A stretch of 64,000 nucleotides of DNA, taken from assembly GCF_004010195.1 (NCBI RefSeq), contig NC_057720.1, positions 30,255,579-30,319,578 on the forward strand, read 5' to 3'. Of this stretch, positions 1-13,600 are shown piece after piece (the first letter of the stretch is position 1; every line of letters begins with the position of its first letter). The position numbers and the translations under genes were made by a program. A model generated the notes under the pieces. That model ran no database searches. It was not told the DNA's origin and was given only the letters and a program-made list of their open reading frames with translations. This DNA is from Chiloscyllium plagiosum (lineage: Eukaryota).

Positions 1-232
1 GGGGGGTAGGTATAGGGCAGATGTTAGGGGTAGGTTCTTTACTCAGCGTGTCGTGAGTTCATGGAATGCCCTGCCAGTAGCAGTGGTGGACTCTCCCTCA
101 TTATGGGCATTTAAGCGGGCATTGGATAGGCATATGGAGGATAGTGGGCTAGTGTAGTATAGGTGGGCTTGGATCGGCGCAACATCGAGGGCCGAAGGGC
201 CTGTACTGCGCTGTATTCTTCTATGTTCTATG
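1..232 (+). mobile_element. CR1-clade LINE 3' end
   Basis: FFTQRVVSSWNALP-coding segment, then ...GAGGGCCGAAGGGCCTGTACTGCGCTGTA and a TTCTATG-type tail. Confidence 0.85.
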
Positions 233-1589
233 GCTCATCTGGGAGGGCATTGAATACCGAGAGATTTCATCACGATTGTGCAGACATAAAACTGAAGTGT
301 CAAAGGGAGCACAGAAACCTGAGAGCAACCTCTCTACCAAACCCTTCAAGCAGCATCTGCGGCAGAGCCTCCAGATCTCACAATTTTTGCTACCTCAGAA
401 TCTGCTGGACCACTATGGAAGCAAGCAAGTCAAACCCGACCCTGAGGGACTGAGACAAACAGAGATTCTCCAAAATAGCTTTCCTGTTGATTATAGATGC
501 TTTCTTTGGAACAGAGGAGATTGACAGAAGAATTAATTGAAGTACATAAAATTGATAGGCCTAGATTGAGTGAATACAAAAGGATCTATTTCATAGCATA
601 GTGAGCAATAAACAGGGGCCATAAAACTGAAATAATTGGTGGAAGAATTACAGAGAAGTTGTCAGACACCTGTAACTTAGGACCTTTGAAACAGTGGGGA
701 AGCAGAAATATGAGGTGCCAGCAATACAAAGAGCAATGCTACACCATATAAAAATATCCTTGTACACAGTAACAAAATGAGCAAAGAGGGCACATAGTAG
801 AGGACAAACCTCCATCACATTTTATTAACTTAATTACAATTATCCAACTCTTCCTTGATGACATGCCTGCCTGGTTGATTCTCTGCATAAGTACAGAATT
901 TTCTTTTTTCTTCATCAAGAGGCTGCATTGTCACTTCCTCCTCCCATGATCCCAACTACTTCCATCTCACTGAGGTGGGTTCAGGCCATTCACATCCAGT
1001 TCTGAAAACTCCACTCACATTTTGACAGCTCTGACACATTCCACCAGAGCAGCTAAAACCATTCATGACATCATAAAAGTAAATTTACCTATCTCCCGGC
1101 GTTAACAGATCCTTTAAAAAAATCCCATATCCAAATAATCTTCACCAAAACTAATTAGTTCTTCCTTGGGCCATACCCTACCAAGTTTCAGTGAACCTTT
1201 TCAATTAACCTAAGAGATCATTGAGAGGATCATATAAAAGCCAAATGCTTTGGTTGCTAGAAATCTGAAATTTTTTTAAAAAGATGTTTAGGAGAACTGG
1301 CAGGATCCATGGACAGAAAGAAAATTAGCATTTCAGACATACTCTTAAATCAGAATAGAAAAAAATTCTGAGATGTGACAATAATTAATAGAATCTAATC
1401 TGTCACATGTGCTTAAGTTCAGTGACAAGTTTTGTTTTGTATGCACTACAGGCAGATCATACCATACAAAGCACATATGGGTAACAGTGCATAAATTTTA
1501 AGCAAATTCAGAAACAGTAAAAGAGGGAACAAAAAATGCAGAATTTAATATGTAGGAGAGATTAAATGAATGATAGAGCAAAGGAAATG

Positions 1590-2345
1590 GGGGTGGTTAG
1601 GGTACAAGCAACAAATGATTGACGCAGAAAAGGTGTAAATGGGAAAGCAGAATCACTAACAGCAGCTGCCATCTGAAACACAGAGGACTCTCGGTTGAGC
1701 CTGGAAAGGGTGAACCAAAAGATGACATGATGTTCCTCAAATGTACACGGAATTTCAATGGAAGGATGTACGAGTCACGGACAGATGAAACAGAACGGGT
1801 GTGTGCAAGAAAATTAAAATGATAAGCATCCAAAAGGTCAGGGTTACATTTATGACCTGAATCAAGGTTTTCTGCAAAGTGATCAACCAATCTGTATTTG
1901 GTGCCACAATGCATAGTAGACTGCATCGCAAGCAATGAAACGAGTATACTTGATTAAAGCTGGTACTGTGTAAGTAAATGACGACTTCACCCTGGATGAT
2001 GCTTTGGGGGCCTTGGACATTGAAAAAGATACCAGTTGAAAAGGCAAGTGTTGAATCTCTTGGGTTTGACCGAAAATGTTTCAAGGGAAGGAGAATAAGT
2101 GTTGTGGGAAACTCAGTGCAACACAGTGCTGAAATGGTCAGTGGTGACATCACACTGGAAATGGCAGAAAAAACAAAGGGTTATCCATTGAATGTCGATA
2201 TTTAAGGACAATGGGAAAGATCACTGTGAGAAATGGAATGGAAATGGTCAATACCCTGTCAACTAAAGTAGTAGTACATTGTTAAAACTGAGGCAATGGC
2301 AATGAGAGAAACTGTGAGAACAGAATAAAATCCCTGCAGGATGTG
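1590..2345 (-). mobile_element. Old degraded Penelope-like element fragment (GIY-YIG region)
   Basis: Minus-strand translation VQGPQS...STSFNQVYSFHCLRCSLLCI resembles the GIY-YIG region of younger copies here (IQGPKGSFHIQEKFTCTSTIVIYCICCTQC, 56790-56900). Confidence 0.6.
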
Positions 2346-3299
2346 CAGCAAGGCAAAGTTAGAGTCTTTACAACACAGAAAAAGGGGCAACATCTCCACA
2401 CCAATCTTCAAGCATCTATTCAATCTAATCTGTTCTTTCTTGTGCCATACCCTACCAAGTTGTATGGAATGGTCTTTTAAGTGGTCATCTAAATATTGCT
2501 TAAATATCAAAGATTCCTGCCTCTACCATTTTAGTGAGTTCCAGCATAGGTTAGGTGCATTAGTCAGGAAAAATGCAGAGTAACGGGGAATGGGTCTGGG
2601 TGGGAAACTCTTCAGACAGTTGGTGTGAACTTGCTAGACCAAAGCGCCTGCAACATTGCAGGGATTCTATGATTCCAGATATCCACAGTCTTGGTGACCT
2701 TTTTGATCTCCCCTTAAATTCCACCTAAACTGAAGGGTCACTGGACCCGAAATGTTAACTCTGATTTCTCCTCACAGATGCTGTCAGATCTGTTGAGCTT
2801 TTCCAGCAATTTCTGTTTTCATTTCTAATTTACAGCTTCCGTGTTTCTTTTGGTTTTTATTAAACCTCCTACCCCTTACCTTAAAGCTCAGACATACCAA
2901 CAGATTCAAGAATAGCTTCGTCCCCGTTGTTATTAGACTTCGGAATGGACCTCTCAAATTTTAAATTTAATGTTGATCACACTTTGTGCACCTTCACTGC
3001 AACTGTAACATTGTATTCTTCGCTCTATTACCCTAAAGCACGTTGTATGATATGACCTACCCATACAGTACTGCACATAAAACAAAACTTAGCACTGTAC
3101 CTACATACATGTAACAATAATAATTAAAATTAAAACTGCGATCCCTCTAGTAAAGAATGGATTTTCCCTCTACTGGGAAAAATATTCCCAGGACAACAAA
3201 TCTCATTGTAGGGTTTGTTTGCACAAGCAGAACAGTGCGAGACGAATTTCAGTAACATGTTCAGAGAGCAGGGACGATCCGAGGACGGATTAAAGTAGC

Positions 3300-3900
3300 T
3301 CCTGTACTGTACCTGCGCCCTGCTCAGTGTTGCAGCGCTCTTTACTGTACAGGATTGACTTTCTCTTTCTGAGTCTAACGGTTTCTGAGGCTGCAGCGTG
3401 TCTACCCAAGAACAGTTTTCTGCGAAGTGTATCCATTCTGACTGTGGCACTTGGTGCACGACAATCTTCACTGTTCTATTCCGCTTCCGGCCACGTGATA
3501 TCACCCAGCCGAGCCGCGAGCTCCATTCAGTGAATCAGCGCGCGGGGCTACCAGGCGCACGCGTGGGACGGGCCAATCGTCCCGGCTCGGTGTGGCCAAG
3601 GAGTGGGTGACGGCGCGCCTCTCCTGGAAAAACTACGAAAACCATAAGAACTTGCGACAGTTGCGCCTGCGCTCTCCCCGCTGGGGGGCGGGATCTCATG
3701 CTGTTGATTGGTACCTTCTCCCCTGAGCAGCTGGGAGGTGACTAGAGCCAATGAGGAGAGCGGCTGGGGGAGGGGAATGATACAGTGAGAGTGTAGCGCT
3801 GGCTTGTACCGAGGCAGGTTGTAGCCTGACCCAGCTCGGGACAGACGATAGGAAGGTAAATCTTGTGCATTTCTTTCCTCCATTCCTGAAGCAGCACTAC
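3300..3900. promoter_or_regulatory. CpG-rich, probably bidirectional promoter (TMEM205-like on +, unknown gene on -)
   Basis: Local CpG/GC enrichment; ETS CTTCCGG at ~3484; CCAAT boxes at ~3573, ~3706 (reverse) and ~3749; GC box at ~3683; ZNF143-like ACTACGAAAACCATAAGAACTTGCG at 3632-3656. Plus-strand donor AAG|GTAAAT at 3855/3856; minus-strand donor CAG|GTACAG at 3313/3312. Confidence 0.7.
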
Positions 3901-5297
3901 AAAGTTCTTTAACGTAAAGTTTTGGGAAATGCAAGTACAATTTCAAAGTTTAATTTTCCGTCTTCAATGAAAAGCGGCGTATCGGTGAAAGTTTAGTCTG
4001 ACCTAAAAGCTATATCTGAGAACTTGGAGCTATATCTGGATATTTTAAAAGAGAAAAGCGTGGAAATATATTATTTGATCGTTGTAATTTTGTTAAAACT
4101 CCGCAGTTTTGGTTAATTGACGCTTGTGACAGCCTCAGAAAATGGATTAACCTCACCGAGTTCCCGTTGGCTGTTGTATTTTTACCTCCCACCCCGGCGA
4201 GCACACATGCACAAACATTCTCAACACAAGGTCATTTTTCAGATCTATTTAATGTTGAAAGTTCACCAGAGTTCAACTCTGAGCTGATCAACTCTCATCT
4301 GCCTTTTAAGGCAAGTTAAAAAATTCTGGAAATACACAGCAGGCCTAGCAGAATCTGTTTAAAATAGTTTAATTTCTGGCTATCTTATATTTTTATATCT
4401 CCAAGCTGGATGTAAGAAATTTATATTGGGCAAAGGAGAAGGGATAGTGAAACTAAAAAGCAAGAAGTGTGACTGGAGTCCTGTCGCGCAGAAGTAATTC
4501 ATCTATTTAAGTCAACAAGCAGTGCTTTGTTCTCAGTTTAAAAACAGAAAATGCTGGTAACAGTCGGTATGGTCAGGCAGTATCTGTGAAGACAATTAGG
4601 GTTAATCTTTCAGGTCATTGACTTTTCGATAGAACGCTGTGAGTAAGCGAAACGTGGCGCTGTACAGAACAGTTGGAATTTATGGTGGTGGAGCTCAAGA
4701 TGTTACGAAGTAATTTTGTGCTCCGAACCAAGAGAGATCGAGCGCTTCCATAATCCTAAATAAGTAGGGACAGCGAGATCTGGTTTCGTGAAGTTGACTG
4801 ATGGATAGCATATTGGAAGGTTTAGATCGGTTGCGAAGATGGATTTGCATCCAGAGCGCACCACACCTGGCAGGATTAATCAAGTTAACGAATCTAAACA
4901 ATGCTGCCAATTCTTAACATCACGCTGAGAAAGAAATAGTAACCAGAATGGAAATATCAACAGGCTAGCAGGGAAAGTTATTGTTGAATGTCTAATACAT
5001 ATGGTGTAACAGACAGGACCGTTTTAAAAAAAAATACTGATGGGATGTGGGTTATGTTGGTCTGTCCAGCATTTATTGTCCATTGCTAGTTGCCCTTGAG
5101 AAGGTGGTGAGCTGCGGCAGTCCATCTAGTCTCAGTACACCCATAATGCCAGTAAGGAAGGAGTTCCAGGATTCTGACCCTGATATATTTCCGAAGTTAA
5201 ATATCACACAACACCAGGTTATAGTCGCAACGGGTTTATTCGGAAGCACAAACTTTGGGAGGCACTGCCTCTTCATTAGGTAGTTGTGGAACATGAC

Positions 5298-5455
5298 GAA
5301 AATGAGGGCTGGAGATCAGAGTCGAAATTAGTGGTGCTGGAAAAGTACAGCAGTTCAGGCAGCATCTGAGGAACAGGAAAATCGACGTTTGCAAAAGCCT
5401 GCTCCTCAGATGCTGTCTGAACTGCTGTGCTTTTCCAGAACCACACTAATCTTGA
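5298..5455. mobile_element. Short fold-back PLE relic (family A), 16-bp TSD AGTTGTGGAACATGAC
   Basis: Inverted GTGCTGGAAAAG..CAGCAG..CAGGCAGCATC arms; exact TSD at 5282-5297 and 5456-5471. Confidence 0.8.
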
Positions 5456-5607
5456 AGTTGTGGAACATGACCATATGACACAGAATTTATAGCAAAAGGT
5501 TTACAATGCCATGGAGCTGTAATGTTATATTAAAGAACTTTGATTAAAAATCACACATCACCAGGTTACAGTTTGATTCAGTCTCCCATCTTTTAGAATG
5601 GGATATG

Positions 5608-5863
5608 ATTAGATTCCCTACAGTGTGGAAACAGGCCCTTCGGCCAACAAGTCCACACTTGCCCCTCTGATGAATGCTCCTAATAACTATGGGCAATTTA
5701 GCACAGCCAATTCACCTACCCTGCACATCTTTGGACTGTGGGAGGAAACCCACGCAGACACGTGGAGAATGTGCAAACTCCACACACAGTCGCCCGAGGC
5801 TGGAATCGAACCTGGGACCCTGGTGCTGTGAGGCAAGCAGTGCTAACCACTGAGCCACCGTGC
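5608..5863 (-). mobile_element. HE1-type tRNA-derived SINE
   Basis: Minus-strand head GCACGGTGGCTCAGTGGTTAGCACTG (box A) and GGTTCGATTCC (box B); CR1-like tail; flanked by GGGATATG repeats. Confidence 0.85.
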
Positions 5864-6569
5864 CCCCCCCCCGGGATATGGTGGTTTAGATTCTTTAATA
5901 TGTAAATCCCAGAACTACATTCTCAAGGTGGTGTCAGCATTTCTAGTAATAGGTATCATTTCAGCTCAGACAATGCATTAAATGTGTGAAGGTAAAGTCT
6001 GTCACAATGTTGAGTCAATTCTATTTCTAAAGTGGGGCTTACAGAATCTTACATGCTTCCAAATAAACCTGTTCGACTATACCTGTTGTTGTGATTTCTA
6101 ACTTTGACCACTCCAGTCCAACACCGGCACCTCCAAATCATGATATATTTCCAAGTCAGGATGGTGACTGGCTTGGAGAAGATCTTGTAGCCTATGGTGC
6201 GCATATGTATCTGCTGCCCTTTTCCTTCTAACAGTCGTGGGTTTGGAAGCTGCAGTCTAAGGAGCCTTGGTGAATATTTGCAGTGCAACTTGTAGATAGT
6301 TCATTGTTTTTGCTGAGCATCTTGTTGAAGGGAATGGATGTTTCTAGATGTGCCAGTCAAGTGGGCTGCTTTGTCCTGGAAATCATGTCCATTGTTGTTG
6401 GAGCTGCACCCATCCAGGCAAGTCAGGAGTGCACTATTGCATTATTCTCCTAACTTGTGCCTTGTAAATGGTAGATAGGATCAATACTCTGTTCAATGCC
6501 TCTCCTCATCTTTCCTCATAGATCTATCGCCTGCTCTCTTTATCTACTTTTCACTGAAGTGCATTTAAA

Positions 6570-8900
6570 TATGTAGGGGCATTCTTAAGAGAGATCAGGA
6601 AGGCAAAGTGGGGATATAAGTGTCTACTAAGGCTAAGGATAGTCTAAGATTCTACAAATACATTAAGAGCAAGAAGGCAATGAGACAGAGAGTTGGGTCC
6701 CTTAAAGATCAAAGAGGTTGTCTTTGTGTTGAACCTCAGGAGATAGGAGTGATGTTAAATAAATACACCTGTTTTTACTTTGGAGAAAGAAATGGAAGCT
6801 ACAGAACTCTGAAATAAATATTGATTTGAAATATTTTAGAAGAGGAAGTGCTGGAAGTCTTAGAAAATATAAAGATGGATAAATCTCTGGGACCTGATGT
6901 AGTGTATCCCAAGGTGTTGTGGGGAGTTATGGAGGAGTTTGCAGGGACCTTGCAAAAATATTTATTTCATCTATAACCATGGGTGAGATGCTGGAGGATT
7001 GGGGAATGGCTAATGTTGTGCCTTTGTTTAAAAAGGGATAGAAGAAAGAACCTGGAAACTAAAAACATGTGACTTCAGGGATGGGTAAGTTAGAGGCATA
7101 AAGATGTACAGCATGGAAACAGACACTTCGGTCCAATTCGTCCATGCCAACCAGATATCCCTAAATTAATCTAGTCCCATTTGCCAGCACTTGGCCCATA
7201 TCCCTCTGGTTCCTATTCAGTTACCCATCCAGATACAATTACAGCATTGAAAAAGCATCAGCTTCCACCACTACTACTGGCAGCTCATTCCATACAAGCA
7301 CCACCCTCTGTGTGAAAACATTATCCTTGGGTCCCTTTTAAAACTTTCTCTTCTCACCCTAAATTTATGCCCTCTACTTCTGGACTCCCCCACTTGAAGG
7401 AAAAGACCTTGGCTATTTAACCTATCCATGCGCTTCATGATTTTATAAACCTCTATAAGGTCACTCCTCAGCCTCTGAAACCCTATTCAGCCCCTCCCTA
7501 TAGCTCAAACCCTCCAATCCTGGCAACGTCCTTGTAAATCTTTTCTGAACCCTTTCAGGTTTCACAACATTCTTCCTCTAGGAAGGAGACCAGAATTGCT
7601 CGCACACAATTCCATGTGCAGCTGCAACATTATTGAAGGTGATTCTGAAAAATGGGACTAATATGCATTTGGAGAGGCAAGGAATGATTAGGAATAGTCA
7701 GTATGGTTTCGTGCAAGGGAAATTATGTCTCATTGAGATTTTTGAGGAAGCAACCAAGAATATTGTTGAGGGCAGAGTGGTAGACATTGTTTACTTGGAC
7801 TTTACTAAAGCCTTTGAGGTTTCACATGGTAGACTAATTAGTAAAGTTAAATCACATGGGATTCAGGATGAGCTTGCTAATTGGATGCAAAATTGGCTTA
7901 ATGGCAGACAATAAACTGGTGAGAGATGGTGGTTTTTCGTATTGGATGCTTGTTACCAACAGTGTTCAACAGAGAACAGTGCTGGGTCCATGATTTATAA
8001 ACAATTTGAAAGAGAATATAGAAGTCATGGTTAGTAAGTTTGTAAATGAAGCTAAAATTGGTGGCATAGTGGACAGTGAAGAAGGTTATCTTAAGATCAC
8101 AAAGAGATATTGATCAATTGGGTCAATGGGCTGAGGAGTGGCAGATGGAGTTTAATTTGGATATATGCAAAGTATTGCATTTTTGTAATATGAACAATGG
8201 CAGGACTTGTACAACTAAACGTAGGGCCTTGGGCAATGTTGTAGAAGAGAGTCCATGGGCTTCAAATTTGCAATTCTTTGAAGTTTTTGTGTCACATGTA
8301 GACAGGGTGATTAAGAAGCAATTTAGCACGTTTGCCTTCATTGCTCAGTTCTTCAAGTGTAAGAATTGGGATGTAATTTTAAGATTGTATAGGATGTTAG
8401 GAAGGCATCTTCTGGAGAAATGTCCAGTTCTGTTATAGTAAAGATATTAAACTGGAGAAACTTCAGTAAAGTTTTTTGCCAGGATGTTGCTGGGAATGAA
8501 GGGTTTGATTTATTAGATTGGCACTTTTTTTTTTAACAAGTCCGTTGGAGACTGAGAGGTCACCTTTTTGAGGTTTATAAAATCATGAGGGGTATAGATG
8601 TGGTGAATTGCAGATGTCTTTTCCCAAGGGAGGGAGATTGCAAAACTCTGGGCATGTTTTTGAGGTGAGAAAAGAGAGACATGAGGCAACCTTTTTTTTA
8701 AAGAGTGGTTGGCATATGGAATTAACTTCACAGGTGGATCCAGGTACAGTTAAAATGTTTAAAAGACATTTGGATAAGAACATGAATAGGAAATGTTTGG
8801 AAGGATATGGACCAAATGCAGGCAGGTGGCACTAATTTAGGATTATAGTTGGCGTGGACTGGTTGGACTGAAAGGTCTGTTTTTGGGCTGTATGACTTTC
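6570..8900 (+). mobile_element. Degraded CR1 LINE ORF2 (RT), with a nested minus-strand CR1 3' fragment at ~7090-7630
   Basis: FYKYIKSKK, QYGFVQGK, VDIVYLDFTKAF, WAEEWQMEFN, FKRHLDK motifs with frameshifts and stops. Confidence 0.9.
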
Positions 8901-9242
8901 TTCAACTTATAATAGTAAATTCCATATTATCACTACTCTGGACGGTGTTTCTTCTGAAAACTTGAACTGATTTCCTTCAGTTTTACTATTCTCCACAAGT
9001 GAAATCACTTTCACATATTTAATAATTTAAAAGACATTTGTTGTTTTCTTTTAAGAATTTACACTGGAGGACATATTATACCTTTTGGTAAATATATGTT
9101 TGCAAATCTGAAATTGAGACTGATGGTCATTTTTGAGCTTGGTTTAACTTTTGTTTTACATTTCACTTTGGTCTCATGTCTTCTTTCCCTTGGCACAGGG
9201 TTTCTGCCTTCCTTGGTTGTGATGTCATCTGTGTAAGTTACC

Positions 9243-9342
9243 ATGCCGACTGAAGGAGAACCTACAACGTTTGCCAAACTTCTGCACCTGATGTTCCTCT
9301 CCACCTTCTGGGGAATGCAGATATGGGTCACATTTATATCAG
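9243..9342 (+). CDS. TMEM205: TMEM205-like protein, coding exon 1 of 3 (exon begins ~9199; full CDS 9243-9342,14705-14868,15965-16267; 188 aa)
   Basis: Translates MPTEGEPTTFAKLLHLMFLSTFWGMQIWVTFIS(G), matching the TMEM205 N-terminal WGMQ.WVTF.SG motif. Acceptor cacag at 9194-9198; donor AG|GTAAGT at 9342/9343. May be a paralog rather than the strict ortholog. Confidence 0.88.
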
Positions 9343-10674
9343 GTAAGTGTCTCCTCTCTCCTGTACTTTTTTTAATTTCTGAAATGGGGACATGTACAGC
9401 ATTGGCTTGACCAGCCTTTGTTGCCCATCCTACTTGCCCAGGGAGCAGTTTAAAATCAACCACATTGCTGTGGATCGGAATTCGCTTGTTGGCCAGACCA
9501 GTTAAGGATGGCAGATTTCCTTCCCTAAAGGACATTACTGAACCAGATGAATTTTTCCAGCAATCAACAGTTGTTGATTAATGGTCACCATTAGGCTAGC
9601 TTTTTATTCTGTTTTTTTTTATTTCAAACTTCACCACCTAACATTCAAATCTTTGATCCTAGAATATTAACTGGAATTCTGGATTACTTGTCTAGTGACA
9701 TTACCACTAAGCCATTGCCTCCCCTGTAATTGATTCTTTTGTTGAACCATTACTATTGATAGTTAATACTTGTTTCTATTCTCTATAGTTTAACGGGATC
9801 AAACATGCCACAATGACCATGCATCCATACACGCATTTGTTCTAGGCAATGGAGTATAATTGGAAAGCTGTTCAATAGCTTCAAACAGTTTCTCATGTCT
9901 CCTACCTAACAACATTTTTCAAAGGTGTACATGCAATTCTATGTCTCAATAAAGATGTGATCAAAGCCACTGCATCAAACTGACTTGAAAAATTAAATTA
10001 TGTACTCCAATTAGTTTTACTGTGATCATGAAATCCAGTAGCCTTACCTAGGATGTACAAGAAAGTGATTTACAAATGTTTTGAAATGTATACTTCTCAT
10101 TATTTGTCCTTAAAAGCAAATCCAATATTTCATTAGTTGTACTGTGGGGGAAAGAAATATTAAAGAATAAAGTGCAACTTCTATGATGGAAGAAATTATA
10201 ATTTTTGGTATTCTTTCCAATGCCTTTGAAGTGTGATGTGATTCGGTATTGGAATGGAAAAATTCATAATTTACTTATGAAACCTCACAATCGCAGCTCA
10301 CAAAAGCACAGATTCAGCTTGTCGAATTACTATAGCCCATCTAACTACCCGCAATCTCAAATTATCCCAGAGCAGACGCTCGACTTAAATAAGCTGGCAC
10401 TTTTCTTCAACTCTTGTAATCAAAGTCATGAATAATATTCTGTAATAGTTGAACATTATCGCCTCTTTTCCTACTCAACATCTCTTTATGCTTAGACACA
10501 ATCGACCAGAACATTGGAGTTTGTCCAACACATTAGAACTCCCCTTGTACAGTTCGGTGTGTTTCTCCTTTTCAGCATTTCAAAGTCCTTTTGTTCATTA
10601 TTAGTGGCAAGTACCCATGTTCTTGAATTTCCTCCCTACATCTCCGTTTCTTTTTTATTCCCGGTAAAAAGGGG

Positions 10675-13600
10675 AGCACTTTGGGGCCAGCGACCATAAT
10701 TCAGAGTTTTAAAATAGTGATGGAAAAGGATAGACCAGGTCTAACAGTTAATCTTCTAAATTGGAAGAAGGCCAATTTTGACAGTATTAGGCAAGAACTT
10801 TCAAAAGCTGAATGGGGGCAGATGTTCCCAGATAAAGGGACGGCTGGAAAATGGGATGCCTTCAGAAATGAGATAACGAGAGTATCTTCATGTTTGGGTG
10901 AAAGGAAAGGTTGATAGGTATAGGGAATGCTGAATGTCTAAAGGAATTTGAGGGTTTGGTTAAGAAAAAGAAGGAAGTGTATGTCAGGCATAGACAGGAT
11001 AGATGGAGTGAATCCTTAGAGTAAAAAGGCAGTAGGAGTGTACTGAAGGGAGAAATTAGAGGGCAAAAAGGGGACATGAGACAGTTTTGGCAAATACCAT
11101 TAAGGAGAATCCAAAGGGATTTTGCAAATACATCAAGGACAAAAGGGTAACTAGGGAGAGAATAGGGCCCTTCAAAGATCACCAATGCAGCCTTTGTGTG
11201 GAGCCGCAGAAAATGGGGGAGCTACTAAACAAGTATTTTGCGTCAGTATTTACTGTGGAAAAGGACATGTAAGACATAGAATGTAGATGGTGACATCTTG
11301 ACAAATGTCCATATTACAGAGGAGGAAGTGCTCGGATGTCTTGAAACGCATAAAGCTGGATTAAATCCCCTAGACCTGATCAGGTGTACCTGAGAACTCT
11401 GGAAAGCTAGGGAAGTGATTGCTGGGCCTCTTACTGAGATATTTGTATCATTGATAGTCACAGATGAGATGCTGAAAGACTGGAGGTTGGCTTACGTAGT
11501 GCCACTGTTTAAGAAAGTTGGTAAGGACAAGCCAGAGAACTATAGACCAGTGAGCCTGATGTTGGTGGTGAGCAAGTTGTTGGATGGAATCCTGAGGGAC
11601 AGGATGTACGTGTATTTGGAAAGGCAAGGACTGATTTAGGGATCGTCAACATGGCTTTGTGTGTGGGAAATCATGTCTCTCAAACTTGACTGAGTTTTTT
11701 GAAGAAGTGACAAAGAGGATTGATGAGGGCAGAGGGGTAGATGTGATCTATATGGACTTCAGTAAGGTGTTTGACAAGGTTTCCATGGAAGACTGGTGAG
11801 CAAGCTTAGATCTCATGGAATACAGGGAGAACTAGCCATTTGGATACAGAACTGGCTCAAAGATAGAAGACAGAGGGTGGTGGTGGAGTTGTTTTTCAGA
11901 CTGGAGGCCTGTGACCACTAGAGTGCCACAAGGATCGGTGCTGGGTCCACTACTTTTTGTCATTTACATAAATGATTTGGATATGAGCATAAGAGGTATA
12001 GTTAGTAAGTTTGCTGATGACACCAAAATTGGAGGTGTAGTGGACAGCACAGAAGGTTACGGCTGAAAATGTGTTGCTGGAAAAGCGCAGCAGGTCAGGC
12101 AGCATCCATGGAACAGGAGAATTGATGTTTCGGGCATAAGCCCTTCTTCAGGAATGAGGAAAGTATGTCCAGCAGGCTAAGATAAAAGGTAGGGAGGAGA
12201 GAGTTGGGGGAGGGGCGTTGGAAATGCGATAGGTGGAAGGAGGTCAAGGTGAGGGTGATAGGCTGGAGTGGGGTGGGGGCGGAGAGGTCAGGAAGAAGAT
12301 TGCAGGCTAGGAAAGTGGTGCTGAGTTCGAGGGATTTGACTGAGACAAGGTGGGGGGAGGAGAAATGAGGAAACTGGAGAAATCTAAGTTCATCCCTTGT
12401 GGTTGGAGGGTTCCTCGGCGGAAGATGAGGCGCTCTTCCTCCAACCGTCGTGTTGCTATGGTCTGGCGATGGAGGAGTCCAAGGACCTGCATGTCCTTGG
12501 TGGAGTGGGAGGGGGTGTTGAAGTGTTGAGCCACGGGGTGGTTGGGTTGGTTGGTCCGGGTGTCCCAGAGGTGTTCTCTGAAACGTTCCGCAAGTAGGCA
12601 GCTTGTCTCCCCAAGATAGAGGAGGCCACATCGGGTGCAGCAGATGCAATAAATGATGTGTGTGGAAGCGCAGGTGAATTTGTGGTGGATATGGAAGTAT
12701 CCCTTGGGGCCTTGGAGGGAAGTAAGGGGGGAGGTGTGGGCGCAAGTTTTGCATTTCTTGCGGTTGCAAGGGAAGGTGCCAGGAGTGTAGGTTGGGTTGG
12801 TTGGTGGGGGGGTGTGGACCTGACGAGGGAATCACGGAGGGAGTGGTCTTTTCGGAACGCTGATAGGGGAGGGGAGGGAAATATACCACCTCCAAACGGA
12901 CCCCACCACCAAGTCCCTCCTCCCTACCTTTTATCTTAGCCTGCTGGACACACTTTCCTCATTCCTGAAGATGTCCTTATGCCCGAAACATTGATTCTCC
13001 TGTTCCTTGGATGCTGCCTGACCTGCTGCGCTTTTCCAGCAACACATTTTCAGCTCTGATCTCCAGCATCTGCAGTCCTCACTTTCTCCTCAGCACAGAA
13101 GGTGACCTCAGGTTACAACGGGATCTTGATCAGATGGGCCAATGGGCTGAGAAGTGGCAGATGGAGTTTAATTTAGTTAAATGCAAGGTGCTGCGTTTTG
13201 GGAAAGCAAATCTTAGCAGGACTTATACCCTTAATGGTAAGGTCCTAGGGAGTGTTGCTGAACAAAGAGACCTTGGAGAGCAGGTTCACAGCTTGAAAGT
13301 AGAGTCGCAGGTAGATAGGATAGTGAAGAAGGCATTTGGTATGCTTTCCTTTATTGGTCAGAGTATTGAGTACAGGAATTGGAAGGTCATGTTGCGGCTG
13401 TACAGGACATTGGTTAGTCCACTGTTGGAATATTGCATGCAATTTTGGTTTCCTTCCTATCGGAAAGATGGTGTGAAACGGGTTCAGAAAAGATTGACAA
13501 GGGTTTGCCTGGGTCGGAAGATTTGATCTACAGGGAGAGGTTGAATAGGCTAGGGCTGTTTTCCCTGGAGTGATGGAGGCTGAGGGGTGACCTCATAGAG

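Larger units (their letters stand above)
5193..6140. mobile_element. PLE-derived fold-back element (family B) with nested inserts; 12-bp TSD TGATATATTTCC
   Basis: Ends match the 36663-36864 element (AATCACACAACACCAGGTTATAGTC...). TSD at 5181-5192 and 6141-6152. Confidence 0.75.

Noticed and set aside
1089-1150. Possible minus-strand second exon of the divergent gene (donor TAG|GTAAAT at 1089)
   Set aside because: Continuing the frame from 3313 hits TAG and the acceptors are weak, so it is unsupported without RNA data.
12095-12895. 266-aa minus-strand ORF, and the 244-aa ORF at 56251-56985, as host genes
   Set aside because: Both lie wholly inside Penelope-like elements and are shifted or partial frames of the RT/GIY-YIG ORF.
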